Part shown: positions 48,942 through 58,529 of the stretch, one piece after another
Layout of the letters: every line of letters starts with the position of its first letter
Position numbering within the stretch: position 1 is the first letter of the stretch
DNA from: a virus
Taxonomy: Duplodnaviria > Caudoviricetes
Virus record (IMG/VR): IMGVR_UViG_3300037067_018912
Span: 160,001-224,000 of that record
Strand: one strand, 5' to 3'
Length of the DNA stretch: 64,000 nucleotides
Position numbers and translations under genes: made by a program
The notes under the pieces: generated by a model
Seen by the model: the letters and a program-made list of their open reading frames with translations, nothing else
The model's database searches: none
What the model was told of the DNA's origin: nothing

Positions 48942-49385
48942 TTATTTTGCTAAAGTGTACACACCGTTGACAGGCATTCCAACAATATCCCAACGAATGA
49001 GTTTTAACTTCAATTCACTTCCGTTGAAAGTAGTTGCATTCATGATTTGAAACTTCGCACCGTTGTCAAGGGTAATTACGTCGTTGCTTAAAGTATAACT
49101 ACGATTTATTTCCCCGTCATTACAATTATTGGTTTCAATAAATGACGTGGTAGTTACATCAATCAAATTCATGGTAACAAGACTGTGATCCTCATCAAAT
49201 TCAGAACCGCAAACATCATCACCATAAACATTACCCTCGAATTCGAGGGATACGAAATACCAGTTACCAACAAGGTCTTCCACGGTTATTCCTTCAGGAA
49301 CAATGGGGTCTTCGTCTTTTTCACAAGATGTGAACACGGTTACCAGGGCAACCATCAGAACTACAAGATAATTAATTTTTTTCAT
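48942..49385 (-). CDS. Bacteroidota-type lipoprotein (lipocalin-like)
   Basis: Signal peptide II with lipobox FTSC, acidic EKDED after the Cys, LVGNW motif. Confidence 0.8.
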   Translation of the reverse strand: MKKINYLVVLMVALVTVFTSCEKDEDPIVPEGITVEDLVGNWYFVSLEFEGNVYGDDVCGSEFDEDHSLVTMNLIDVTTTSFIETNNCNDGEINRSYTLSNDVITLDNGAKFQIMNATTFNGSELKLKLIRWDIVGMPVNGVYTLAK

Positions 49386-49481
49386 GTTTGTTGTTTTTTT
49401 AGTTAAACTGTAAGATATTACGATGAAAATTACCGTTTGTTACAAAAAAACAAGATTTTTTATGTGGGGTATTTATATCAT

Positions 49482-50630
49482 ATGGATAGTTCAGTCAAAA
49501 TACTACTTAACAGCCTCAAGGATATTGATTCTGTGAACGTTGAAAACTATGAAAAAGTGGCTTTTTCAACAAAGGACACCAATATTCTTGAATACAATAT
49601 AAGAAATGTGCTCAGTGCTACGGAAATCTTCGATGCTGAGAGGGAAGCGAATCCTATTTACAGGATTTATGGAAGAATTGAATATATGTCCCTTTTAAAT
49701 GGATTGAAATCGAACTATACTGAATTTCAAGACTTTTTCCTGCCACAAAAAATAGGTGATTTTAAAACCCTTTTAAATTCTTTCAAATTCTATCTCGTAA
49801 AACCATCCACCGGATATACCAAGATCACTAACAGTAGTGTCCAATACATCAGGTATTTTGAAGTAGTTGCCACACACGATCAATTCGAACTCTATCCGGC
49901 AGGTTTCTCAAACAATGTTTACGGCGAACAGGTCTACGCATTTAACTTCAATGTTAGCATTGATGCTTCAAATTTTTTTGATCATTTCGGATTTCCGGTG
50001 ACAGAGTTGTATCTTTATTCGATATATCTACCGACGGGAGATGAAACACTAAAATACACCCATTTCAATTATTCGAACGGAGCGGCATCAAAAATTGTTC
50101 TCAACACCAATATCTTAGAGATTGGAGATCATAATATTGAGGGTGATAAGATCGAATATTCAAAACAAGATTATTATCAAACCCAACTTGAACCTCAGAC
50201 TTATTACATTACAACTCCAGTTTTATACAATGACAACAATAGGAACATTCTTTGGAAATATAATCCTTTCACTACCTTAACATTAAGATATTTAAGCGAT
50301 AGTCTTTACAAAGCAAACACGGGGAGCACATCATATGAAACAACATCTACTATTCCAACACATGCTACGAATTTGGGAAACGGCAATTTTGTTTGGAGGG
50401 ATATTCTACCGCAAGGATATTTCGACCCATTGACGGGGACGGGTGTTGACTATCCTTTTGTAAATAAAAGAAGGTATTTGTTTGCCCCGGTGGTGATTAG
50501 CATCATGCCGGATTTGAGTGACAACCCGACAACCACTTACCCATTCACTAAAATATGGATCGGTGATGATGTCGAAATCGATAAGACAATTCCATCTGGT
50601 GATATAAATGATATAGGAAAGCCATGTTAA
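49482..50630 (+). CDS. Putative structural protein
   Basis: Late motif at 49469-49477; FDAEREANPIYR and VDYPFVNKRRY; start moved to MDSSVK. Confidence 0.55.
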   Translation: MDSSVKILLNSLKDIDSVNVENYEKVAFSTKDTNILEYNIRNVLSATEIFDAEREANPIYRIYGRIEYMSLLNGLKSNYTEFQDFFLPQKIGDFKTLLNSFKFYLVKPSTGYTKITNSSVQYIRYFEVVATHDQFELYPAGFSNNVYGEQVYAFNFNVSIDASNFFDHFGFPVTELYLYSIYLPTGDETLKYTHFNYSNGAASKIVLNTNILEIGDHNIEGDKIEYSKQDYYQTQLEPQTYYITTPVLYNDNNRNILWKYNPFTTLTLRYLSDSLYKANTGSTSYETTSTIPTHATNLGNGNFVWRDILPQGYFDPLTGTGVDYPFVNKRRYLFAPVVISIMPDLSDNPTTTYPFTKIWIGDDVEIDKTIPSGDINDIGKPC

Positions 50631-51433
50631 TCAATAAGGAAATTATAAAATTCGATGAACGGGACATGTATGTCAGGTTTGCGTTGGACGGCAGTAACGG
50701 CCTCACCGGATACCAACAACAAATCGATAATCTGACAACAATAACCGGGATTGATATAGTCAACCCGGCAATCGATGTCGAAGTACGCAGGTTCAGATAT
50801 AGTAAAGAAGCGAGCATCGCCACATTAATGTTTTACAACGACAGGGGGGAGAACTCGTTTAGGAATATAACGAGCACGGTTGATGATATGATGATTACCA
50901 CCCGGACAACGCAAGCGTTAAGTAGTTTCTTTATTCTTGATTTCTATGATACTTACGATATTACAAACCAATCGAAAATATTCACTCTTTACATGACGAA
51001 AATTCTCGACGGAACACCACCAATAACACCTAAATACACCATTGATGCAAGCAACAAGAACCAATTTTATTATTGGTACATCCCGCTATCATTCATTAAC
51101 GCCCATGCGGGTGGAACTGTAAACATGTATGTTAAATTTAGTTTCTTTCATGCATACAATGGGAAGTTGAGACTTTATTACAATTACGCCAACAGATTGT
51201 TGAAAACCCCTGAAAAGATGTTCGTAAAAGTAAGTTTGAATTTGGATGACTATTCTTGGAAGTTCGTGTCTTCTTCGTACACAATAAGACTCGACCAAAT
51301 TGCGGGCGATTACGAGGCAAATAAGTATGTGGATAAGGTTAACGACGATATTGACAAGTTCGCACTCGACAAACAAGTATTCCCCAAAGAGACTATTTTT
51401 GATTACGAGACAGGAACTTATAAAAGCGAATAA
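50624..51433 (+). CDS. Putative structural protein
   Basis: Coupled to the upstream late gene; SFFILDFYDT motif. Confidence 0.55.
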   Translation: MLINKEIIKFDERDMYVRFALDGSNGLTGYQQQIDNLTTITGIDIVNPAIDVEVRRFRYSKEASIATLMFYNDRGENSFRNITSTVDDMMITTRTTQALSSFFILDFYDTYDITNQSKIFTLYMTKILDGTPPITPKYTIDASNKNQFYYWYIPLSFINAHAGGTVNMYVKFSFFHAYNGKLRLYYNYANRLLKTPEKMFVKVSLNLDDYSWKFVSSSYTIRLDQIAGDYEANKYVDKVNDDIDKFALDKQVFPKETIFDYETGTYKSE

Positions 51434-52182
51434 CCAATCTTTGATTTCCTGATTGTCTTAACGATTTCGAATTCTTTTTCGTCTTGGATAAAACCAAGCA
51501 CTTTCAAAGCATATTTCGACACAAAAAAACGATCGCCGTCAATGTTTTCGATGGGATTTGATTCCGCAAAACCTTCGAAATGTAATGGTATGGGATTTCC
51601 TTTGATATTCAAATAGTCTTGGCGTGAAGCGAAATTCTTCAAAACCTGTTGATCATATTCATTTACGTCGACCCTGTATTTGGTGAACAAGGCAACTTCA
51701 TACGTCATGTCGACATTAACGGGTTCAGGCATTCTGAATTGCAAATATATTATTTCCCCTTCATCGAGGATTGGGACGTTCAAATACCTGAATTTCCTCG
51801 GTTGCGGGACACGGTACTTCGTACCGAGCCTTGTCCCCGGCTGCTTGTCGATTCGTCTGACAGTTATATAGGGAGTAGGGACGTTCTTGTCATTATCCAT
51901 GAACTTCCATGTCTTGCTGAACTCTCCCCAACGGTCGTTGTCGAGATAGAACGTCGGTACAACCTTGTTATCGACAACTAATTTCATATTGTTGAGGTTG
52001 ACATAATCAAACAACGCTTGATCGATGTCTTCAAGCAATATTGTCCTCGGCAGGTACTTGGTCTTGCTGTCGGTTTGGCGCATTAACTCCTCGATTCTGT
52101 CGAAACCATATTCGAGGTATTCGTTGCCAACCTTTGGCGGATTGGTGTCGAGGGTTATTTTAATTTTCTTTGGAAGTGACAT
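51418..52182 (-). CDS. Tail terminator / sheath stabiliser (T4 gp15-like)
   Basis: LEDIDQA, PYITVRR, PEPVNVDMTYEV; late motif at 52196-52204. Confidence 0.6.
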   Translation of the reverse strand: MSLPKKIKITLDTNPPKVGNEYLEYGFDRIEELMRQTDSKTKYLPRTILLEDIDQALFDYVNLNNMKLVVDNKVVPTFYLDNDRWGEFSKTWKFMDNDKNVPTPYITVRRIDKQPGTRLGTKYRVPQPRKFRYLNVPILDEGEIIYLQFRMPEPVNVDMTYEVALFTKYRVDVNEYDQQVLKNFASRQDYLNIKGNPIPLHFEGFAESNPIENIDGDRFFVSKYALKVLGFIQDEKEFEIVKTIRKSKIGYSLL

Positions 52183-52206
52183 GAATCCGTTTTTATATAA
52201 ATACTC

Positions 52207-52237
52207 TTGCAGTTTAATTGTTAATTGATTATATTTG
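52207..52237 (+). promoter_or_regulatory. Bacteroidota sigma70-type promoter
   Basis: TTG-N20-TATATTTG upstream of the nucleotide-metabolism operon. Confidence 0.65.
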
Positions 52238-52260
52238 TTTGACTAACTAACTGACTTGCC

Positions 52261-52614
52261 ATGCTTGTTGAACGAAAGGAACACAAGGAGGCGGATGATT
52301 CCATTGGCTACATCGAATCCGTCTTTGAATCAGACAATGTGTTGAAAACCACCTATTTCCCTTTAATGCAAAGATTATATATTGCATTCAGCAGGGGAGA
52401 CACTTACTCCTACGGGAACATCACCCAAGAATTATACGAAGAATTCGAAAACGCCGAATCACAAGGCAAATTCTTCCATAAGAACATCAACAACAGGAGC
52501 AAATATCCTGTTCGCAGGGAGTTCACCCTTTATCCAAACGAAGTGCAAGGTTTGAAACAAATCGTGGAGGAAAACAAACAAGAAAAGGAGGAAGAGGATG
52601 ACGAGAACTCATGA
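52261..52614 (+). CDS. KTSC-domain protein
   Basis: LYIAFSRGDTYSYGNITQELYEEFENAESQGKFFHKNI. Confidence 0.8.
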   Translation: MLVERKEHKEADDSIGYIESVFESDNVLKTTYFPLMQRLYIAFSRGDTYSYGNITQELYEEFENAESQGKFFHKNINNRSKYPVRREFTLYPNEVQGLKQIVEENKQEKEEEDDENS

Positions 52615-52924
52615 AGAATACCTGAACCTCATTAAATTACTTGAATTGGCATTGAAATTCTATGCTGATAAGAACAATTATACTGCAAATCCACCCATAC
52701 ACAACACGCTTTATTCGCCCATCGAATTGGATAAAGGATCGCAGGCACAATTTGCACTTGATAAAATTGGGGAGTTTGAAGAATACGATAGGAACTTGGA
52801 AGAAGAGTATGCAAAACAAATAGAATCCCTTTCCGCAGAAGCGGGTTTATCACAGCAGGATGAAATTATGAAATTATATGAAAAAATTAGAGAAATCGCA
52901 AAAAATGACGATAAAAACGTTTGA
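52598..52924 (+). CDS. Hypothetical protein
   Basis: ALKFYADKNNY...DKGSQA phage-type motif. Confidence 0.6.
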   Translation: MTRTHEEYLNLIKLLELALKFYADKNNYTANPPIHNTLYSPIELDKGSQAQFALDKIGEFEEYDRNLEEEYAKQIESLSAEAGLSQQDEIMKLYEKIREIAKNDDKNV

Positions 52925-53282
52925 GGAATATCAGGCTGCGGCTATCAGTATGAGGGTCTCCCTCGATAAATTCAAAGAGAACTTCCCCGGCGAAAGCCTG
53001 GTTGTATTGGAGTTATTGGCACTTTCATACGACGGCCTCGGTCTTGGTGAAGCGGGAGAGGTGCAAGGAAAAATCAAAAAGATAATCCGGGACGAGGGTG
53101 GAATTATAACCATCGACGCCAAAAAGGAGATAGCCAAAGAGTTGGGTGATTGTCTTTGGTATATTGCCTCAATGTGCGACAATCTCAATCTCGATATGGG
53201 GGAGGTTGCAACAATGAATATCGAAAAACTTCGATCAAGACACGAGCGAGGGACTGTTCACGGAAACGGGGATAATAGGTAA
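52905..53282 (+). CDS. mazG: MazG-like nucleotide pyrophosphohydrolase
   Basis: GEAGEV, KELGDCLWY, NIEKLRSR, GNGDNR. Confidence 0.88.
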   Translation: MTIKTFEEYQAAAISMRVSLDKFKENFPGESLVVLELLALSYDGLGLGEAGEVQGKIKKIIRDEGGIITIDAKKEIAKELGDCLWYIASMCDNLNLDMGEVATMNIEKLRSRHERGTVHGNGDNR

Positions 53283-53593
53283 TGGCCACACATATTTTTG
53301 ACATTGATGGTACGATAGTTGATTTTCATACAAATCAGTGGCTTGAAGGTGCGAAAGAATATATTGCCCGATTATATAAACAGGGTCATCAGATTATTTT
53401 CATCACCATGCGCAGTTCAAAAGATGATGAAACAATATGGAGCATCGAAAACACGAAGAAGACCATACTCAAAGACCTTGACGATTTGAACATCAGATAC
53501 ACAATCATTTTTGGTGTTCAAACCCCAAGGATATTACATGATGACATGCCAATTTTTACAGATCAAAGACTGAGTAATCAAAAATACGAATAA
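53282..53593 (+). CDS. Small HAD-family phosphatase
   Basis: FDIDGT, IIFITMR, HDD. Confidence 0.75.
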   Translation: MATHIFDIDGTIVDFHTNQWLEGAKEYIARLYKQGHQIIFITMRSSKDDETIWSIENTKKTILKDLDDLNIRYTIIFGVQTPRILHDDMPIFTDQRLSNQKYE

Positions 53594-53597
53594 AATT

Positions 53598-53888
53598 ATG
53601 GCAGTAACGGGCAGCACAATAACACACATTGCGGTTATATCAGAAACTGCAGACGATTTTCAGGTGTTCCTTTCAAGAATGGGATACCCAATTTTTGAGC
53701 ATCTTAAAGGTTCAAAAAAAAGAAAGGTGTTGACAGCAAATGCTACATATTATTGTATCACAAAACCCACTGATGTATGTAGTCTTACTGTAGATAAAGT
53801 CATGTTTACTGATAATGCCATATTTAACAAAGACCTTGAAAAAATCATTGAATATATAAAGCCTTGTATAAGACCATTATGGAAATAA
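53598..53888 (+). CDS. Hypothetical protein
   Basis: 96 aa within the operon. Confidence 0.55.
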   Translation: MAVTGSTITHIAVISETADDFQVFLSRMGYPIFEHLKGSKKRKVLTANATYYCITKPTDVCSLTVDKVMFTDNAIFNKDLEKIIEYIKPCIRPLWK

Positions 53889-54361
53889 AGTTCAAAAAAT
53901 TAGTGCCGGAAGCGAAAGCACCACTTAAAGTAATTGATATTGACGCCGGGTTCGATTTATTTGCTGCAACAATTAATGAAACATCGGATTTTAATGAATA
54001 TGGAACAGGTATAGCCGTCGAAATACCGGAAGGATATGTAGGATTGGTTTTTCCAAGAAGTTCAATTACTAAATATGATTTGATGTTAAAGAACGGTGTT
54101 GGGGTAATCGATGCATCATACCGGGGAGAAATCAGGTGCAGGTTTCATATTACAAAAGATGATGACAGAAAAATAGAAATTATTAATGACAACACAATTA
54201 ATCAAATAACTAACATTAGAAGTGGATTAAAATTATATAATGTTGGCGACCGTATTGCACAAATTGTATTTCTTGAACTGCCGAAAATAACAATGATTGA
54301 AGTCGACGAACTCTCCGGTACTCAAAGAGGATCGGGGGGATTTGGACATACGGGAAAATAA
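53879..54361 (+). CDS. dut: dUTPase (trimeric)
   Basis: AGFDL, PRSS, GVIDASYRGEI, RIAQ, RGSGGFGHTG. Confidence 0.95.
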   Translation: MEIKFKKLVPEAKAPLKVIDIDAGFDLFAATINETSDFNEYGTGIAVEIPEGYVGLVFPRSSITKYDLMLKNGVGVIDASYRGEIRCRFHITKDDDRKIEIINDNTINQITNIRSGLKLYNVGDRIAQIVFLELPKITMIEVDELSGTQRGSGGFGHTGK

Positions 54362-54389
54362 TATTAGATCAACATAAAACATTGAATTA

Positions 54390-55454
54390 ATGAAACAATA
54401 TCTTGACTTATTGCAGAATATCCTTGACAACGGTGTTGAGAAAGAAAGTGGAAGGGCGAATATGCCCAACACGATTGGAATTTCTCATGGAGTGGTTCAA
54501 ATGAACTTACAGGACGGTTTTCCCTTGCTTACCACAAAAAAAATGTATTGGAAAGGTATCGTACATGAACTTCTTTGGTTTTTGCGAGGGGACACCAACA
54601 TTAAATATCTTGTCGATAATGACGTAAACATTTGGAATGGCGATGCATACAGATGGTATTTGAAATACGCTGAATTGAACGGTGGTGAAACGCAGAATGG
54701 TATTCTTCATGATAATGAAGATGGTACTTACCGTGTTTTTTCGTCCGACGAATTCATTCAGGAGATTAAGGATGATAACGAAGGTACTTACTTATCGTAC
54801 AAGATGGGTGACCTCGGCAAAGTATACGGCCACCAATGGCGCAATCAAAACGGTGTTGATCAGATCAAAGAATTAATCGACGGGTTGAAGACCAACCCTT
54901 ATAGCCGTTATCACATCATTGACGGTTGGAACAAGGCCGATTTTAAAGATATGGCGTTACCACCGTGTCACCTGCTTTATCAATTCATCGTAAGGCCGTT
55001 GAGTGAGAAGGAAAGAATCAAATTGTTGGAAATTGATGATACGATTATAAATAGCGATCAAGAATTTTCCATTGAAAAAATGCTTGATATTGCAGGCATA
55101 CCAAAATTTTATCTCGATCTCAATATGTATCAACGCAGTTGTGATACATTCCTCGGAGTTCCGTTTAATGTTGCCTCGATGTCAATATTACTCATGATAT
55201 TGGCAAAAGTGGCAAACATGATTCCCGGTGTGGCAACGTGGATTGGGGGAGATACTCACCTATACCTCGATCATATACCGATGGTTAAAGAACAATTGAA
55301 AAGGACACCTCACGATTTGCCGGAATTAATTATTAATGCAGAATTGAACACTCTTGACGACATTCTTAACCTTCGGATCGAGGATTTCAAACTCTCCAAG
55401 TATGCATACCACCCAACAATAAAAGCGGAATTATTCACCGGAGTAAAAAAATAA
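54390..55454 (+). CDS. thyA: Thymidylate synthase
   Basis: FPLLTTKK, ELLWFLRG, YGHQWR, LPPCH, YQRSCD, PFN, HLYLDH. Confidence 0.95.
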   Translation: MKQYLDLLQNILDNGVEKESGRANMPNTIGISHGVVQMNLQDGFPLLTTKKMYWKGIVHELLWFLRGDTNIKYLVDNDVNIWNGDAYRWYLKYAELNGGETQNGILHDNEDGTYRVFSSDEFIQEIKDDNEGTYLSYKMGDLGKVYGHQWRNQNGVDQIKELIDGLKTNPYSRYHIIDGWNKADFKDMALPPCHLLYQFIVRPLSEKERIKLLEIDDTIINSDQEFSIEKMLDIAGIPKFYLDLNMYQRSCDTFLGVPFNVASMSILLMILAKVANMIPGVATWIGGDTHLYLDHIPMVKEQLKRTPHDLPELIINAELNTLDDILNLRIEDFKLSKYAYHPTIKAELFTGVKK

Positions 55455-55458
55455 TAGC

Positions 55459-55662
55459 ATGAATGAACACATCAAAAATGTCTGCAAAATAGGTCAACGC
55501 AAAGACTGCTGCAGGTACTTGGCCGTCGGTCCGGATGGGTTTGAATGTCTTAAACACTCAGACCTTAAAGATCATTTGGATCAAAGGGTGGCAAACAATA
55601 CAATGACTGCCCAAGGTGATAATTGTGATGGTAAGAGTCAAAAAGAATTGAATTTGGGATAG
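55459..55662 (+). CDS. Small Cys-rich protein
   Basis: CKIGQRKDCCRYL...FECLK...NCDG. Confidence 0.6.
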   Translation: MNEHIKNVCKIGQRKDCCRYLAVGPDGFECLKHSDLKDHLDQRVANNTMTAQGDNCDGKSQKELNLG

Positions 55663-55665
55663 TGA

Positions 55666-55899
55666 ATGTTGGCATTATACATAACAATTGTGCTGTTGAC
55701 GGTGGTAGTTTTACTACTTGCAACAGCATTGTATTATTTTTCAAGGAAGAGCATTTACTTCTCAGACAAGGAGAAGGAATTCACCACCTTTGTCATCGAT
55801 ATATTTGAACAATACGGTGATGATTTGGGTATTCAATCCAAAGAGGATCATAAGAAACTCTCCGAAGAATTAGAGAAGATAAAGAAGAAACTGAAATGA
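55666..55899 (+). CDS. Small membrane-anchored protein
   Basis: N-terminal hydrophobic helix. Confidence 0.6.
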   Translation: MLALYITIVLLTVVVLLLATALYYFSRKSIYFSDKEKEFTTFVIDIFEQYGDDLGIQSKEDHKKLSEELEKIKKKLK

Positions 55900-56591
55900 T
55901 CAAAGAAGAAAAAGATTACGAAGCAGTTAACGAATATTTTGAAAAATATTCACCAAAAGAATATGAAACCGTGCGGGTATTGAATTTAATGATGAAAAGA
56001 TATTATCCTAATTTTGTTTCAGCGGGCGTTTCTTTTCGTGGACAACCACCCGAAAATCGTTTTGATAGGTTTGATTGTAAATTAATTTGGATAAACGAAA
56101 AAAATGAAGAAATCCTTCTTGCACTTGGTGAATTGGAATATGGCGCAGATCAGATGAGATTCGATGAAGATTGGAAAAATTGGAATAATGCCTTTCCGGT
56201 TAATCATTGGTATTGTGTGTCACTATTAAGCAGAAAAAAATATGATGAAAATTTTGTTTTTTTTCTAAAAGTCTCACCATCGTTTAAAAGCGCATTTGTT
56301 GTCGATACAAGAAATGATTTTGTATCAAAAAACATGGACAAAGAATATGAAATGCCTCGTGATAGCACAAACGATAGATTTCCCACAAATAAAATGCGAA
56401 AACATTTTAATTGGGAAACTGTACGCAAGAATCAAATGATTTTTAAACGTGTGACAAACAAAAACGGAAATATTGATATAACCATTGAAAAAGACGGTAA
56501 TTTTTGTTTAATGGAATATGAATATTGGTATGAAATTATTGCATTCTTTGCATATAAATATTTTCCCGACGAATTAAAAAAAATATTATAA
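55896..56591 (+). CDS. Hypothetical protein (possible PD-(D/E)xK-like nuclease)
   Basis: AT-rich; FDCKL...GELEYG. Confidence 0.4.
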   Translation: MIKEEKDYEAVNEYFEKYSPKEYETVRVLNLMMKRYYPNFVSAGVSFRGQPPENRFDRFDCKLIWINEKNEEILLALGELEYGADQMRFDEDWKNWNNAFPVNHWYCVSLLSRKKYDENFVFFLKVSPSFKSAFVVDTRNDFVSKNMDKEYEMPRDSTNDRFPTNKMRKHFNWETVRKNQMIFKRVTNKNGNIDITIEKDGNFCLMEYEYWYEIIAFFAYKYFPDELKKIL

Positions 56592-56592
56592 C

Positions 56593-56931
56593 ATGACTTG
56601 GGGCACTGATTTCAAAACAGACATCTTTATATCGAGACAGTCTTTCGAATCGAAAGGCGATATTGATATGAAACTCGAAGAACTCGACAAAACCATTGAA
56701 GACATTAAGGCACAAATCAAAATGTATTCATCGGCAACGCCGAAGGACATCATGCCGGAGGATTGGAAAGAAGAACCAATAAATTGGTTGAGCACCAGAT
56801 TGGACGAGTTGTTTGAAAATTATGAAGAGAAAGTGATTGAAATGTTTAAAATCTCCATGTATTTGGACTATGTCTTGGAGAATAACATCGACTTATCAAA
56901 GAAGATTACTGCAGGCGACCTCCCGTTTTAA
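56593..56931 (+). CDS. Hypothetical protein ending in DLPF
   Basis: 112 aa helical protein. Confidence 0.6.
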   Translation: MTWGTDFKTDIFISRQSFESKGDIDMKLEELDKTIEDIKAQIKMYSSATPKDIMPEDWKEEPINWLSTRLDELFENYEEKVIEMFKISMYLDYVLENNIDLSKKITAGDLPF

Positions 56932-57959
56932 CCAATTTTTCCTTTCTTTTCGTAAACTGCTCTCACGTAATCAACATCAATTACATTGGCTTTCAGCATT
57001 ATTGCAAGTTCTTCTGGAGTGTACATGGTTTCATAAACACACATACCCCTGTCGTCCAGTTCATTCATATACATAGTCCATCTTCCGCCACCCATTGCTT
57101 TATAGCCGTAAACTTGTTCTTTGGTGGGTTTATCCTTATATCTGAAAAGGATTTGCATCGCATAATTATGTTTCGGACACATCAATCTGCCGATCCAAAG
57201 AAGTACATCCTTCCATATACTTTCTTTTAGACAAGTCAATTGCCACGCAAATATGTGAAGCGCATATGCTGGAAACGGATTGCGTTTTCGAGCCATTTCA
57301 ACATTAAATGGAGTTGGTTGAACGACAACTCCCGTCCATTCATCTTGTGAAACCTCTTCATGTATGCCGTAAACATAAAAAACAAATGTTTGTACGATAT
57401 GGGTTAAGAACATAACAAAAATTTCTGTAATATAAAACAATGGCTTTGCCCACCATATGTTTGCGACTGCTCTTGCCCAAAGCCACATGTTTGGAGTAAA
57501 CTGATGACGATCCGAAATCTTCCAAGGAATGTGTGTGACAAATTCTTTCAATTGTTCATCAGTATATCCGGCGTGTTTGTATGCAATTATCGTATAAGCC
57601 GTATGGTCACGGGACATATTGCGATCGTAATGTGTGGGATAACGATAACCTTGATAGTAATAATCATTCCTCGGTGTAAACCGTTTGAACCAATGTGTAA
57701 ATTCTTGAAATTTTCGTACCAACCACCATTTTGAGATTTTTCTTCTTGGAGGTGGTCCGGGATTTTTAACCCAACAAGCCTGTATGCCTTCTATAAATCT
57801 ATAGTCGTCGTACATGTAGTAAGATTCGAAACTCCTTTCAACCGCATCACCCTTTCCATTATCACCATAAGGATTCCAAGGTGCGTTGTGACCGATCATC
57901 ATTTTGTTTTCACGGTCTACATAATGTTTGGTATCTGTGGTATTCCAATCAAGTGGCAT
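56928..57959 (-). CDS. Hypothetical Trp-rich protein
   Basis: 343 aa, co-transcribed with neck genes; GDNGKGD, YRYP, SRDH motifs. Confidence 0.6.
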   Translation of the reverse strand: MPLDWNTTDTKHYVDRENKMMIGHNAPWNPYGDNGKGDAVERSFESYYMYDDYRFIEGIQACWVKNPGPPPRRKISKWWLVRKFQEFTHWFKRFTPRNDYYYQGYRYPTHYDRNMSRDHTAYTIIAYKHAGYTDEQLKEFVTHIPWKISDRHQFTPNMWLWARAVANIWWAKPLFYITEIFVMFLTHIVQTFVFYVYGIHEEVSQDEWTGVVVQPTPFNVEMARKRNPFPAYALHIFAWQLTCLKESIWKDVLLWIGRLMCPKHNYAMQILFRYKDKPTKEQVYGYKAMGGGRWTMYMNELDDRGMCVYETMYTPEELAIMLKANVIDVDYVRAVYEKKGKIG

Positions 57960-57962
57960 ATA

Positions 57963-58520
57963 TTAACTCCCTTTAGTTTCACTTAAAAACGGTACGACAT
58001 CTTCTTTTACCGGGACTCCTGTGACCTTTTTCCAATAAGTTTTGAAACCACCAATGGTCTTCTTGGTTTCATCAGTAACGTTGTTGGCATTTTCGACCTC
58101 ATAGAACCTACTTTTCTGTCCACTCATGTTGTACTCGATGATATCTCCACGATCGACCTCAACACCCTTTTCCTCCAATTCCTTGAGATAAATCCCAAAG
58201 GTGATATTCCCGGTGTCGTCACGAACGATACCTCCTGGATTGCCTCCGTAGTTCTCCTGCTTGCCATCTTCGACGGTAACCATAACCTTGAGCCTGACTG
58301 GAGACATGAATTTCTTATCCTTAGTCTTCGTTTGACCATATAATTTATGCGCCGACCCGGCGGTTTCCAATATATTAATCTTGTGCAGGGTGATCTCCTG
58401 TGCATTGTCGGTTTCAAGATAGTTCCTACCGTACATCACATCAAGATCAAAGGAGTTGTTTGTCATAAACAAACCCATCCTATTCTCCTCAAGATCAATT
58501 ATTTGTTTCTTTTTCTTCAT
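57963..58520 (-). CDS. Neck/head-closure protein (T4 gp14-like)
   Basis: LYGQ, GNITFGIYLKELEE, RGDIIEY, FYEV. Confidence 0.6.
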   Translation of the reverse strand: MKKKKQIIDLEENRMGLFMTNNSFDLDVMYGRNYLETDNAQEITLHKINILETAGSAHKLYGQTKTKDKKFMSPVRLKVMVTVEDGKQENYGGNPGGIVRDDTGNITFGIYLKELEEKGVEVDRGDIIEYNMSGQKSRFYEVENANNVTDETKKTIGGFKTYWKKVTGVPVKEDVVPFLSETKGS

Positions 58521-58529
58521 GAAATGTTC

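Noticed and set aside
54390-55454. ThyA as a dCMP hydroxymethylase or intron-split gene
   Set aside because: Continuous ORF with the dUMP-specific Asn (PFN); the insertions are short in-frame loops
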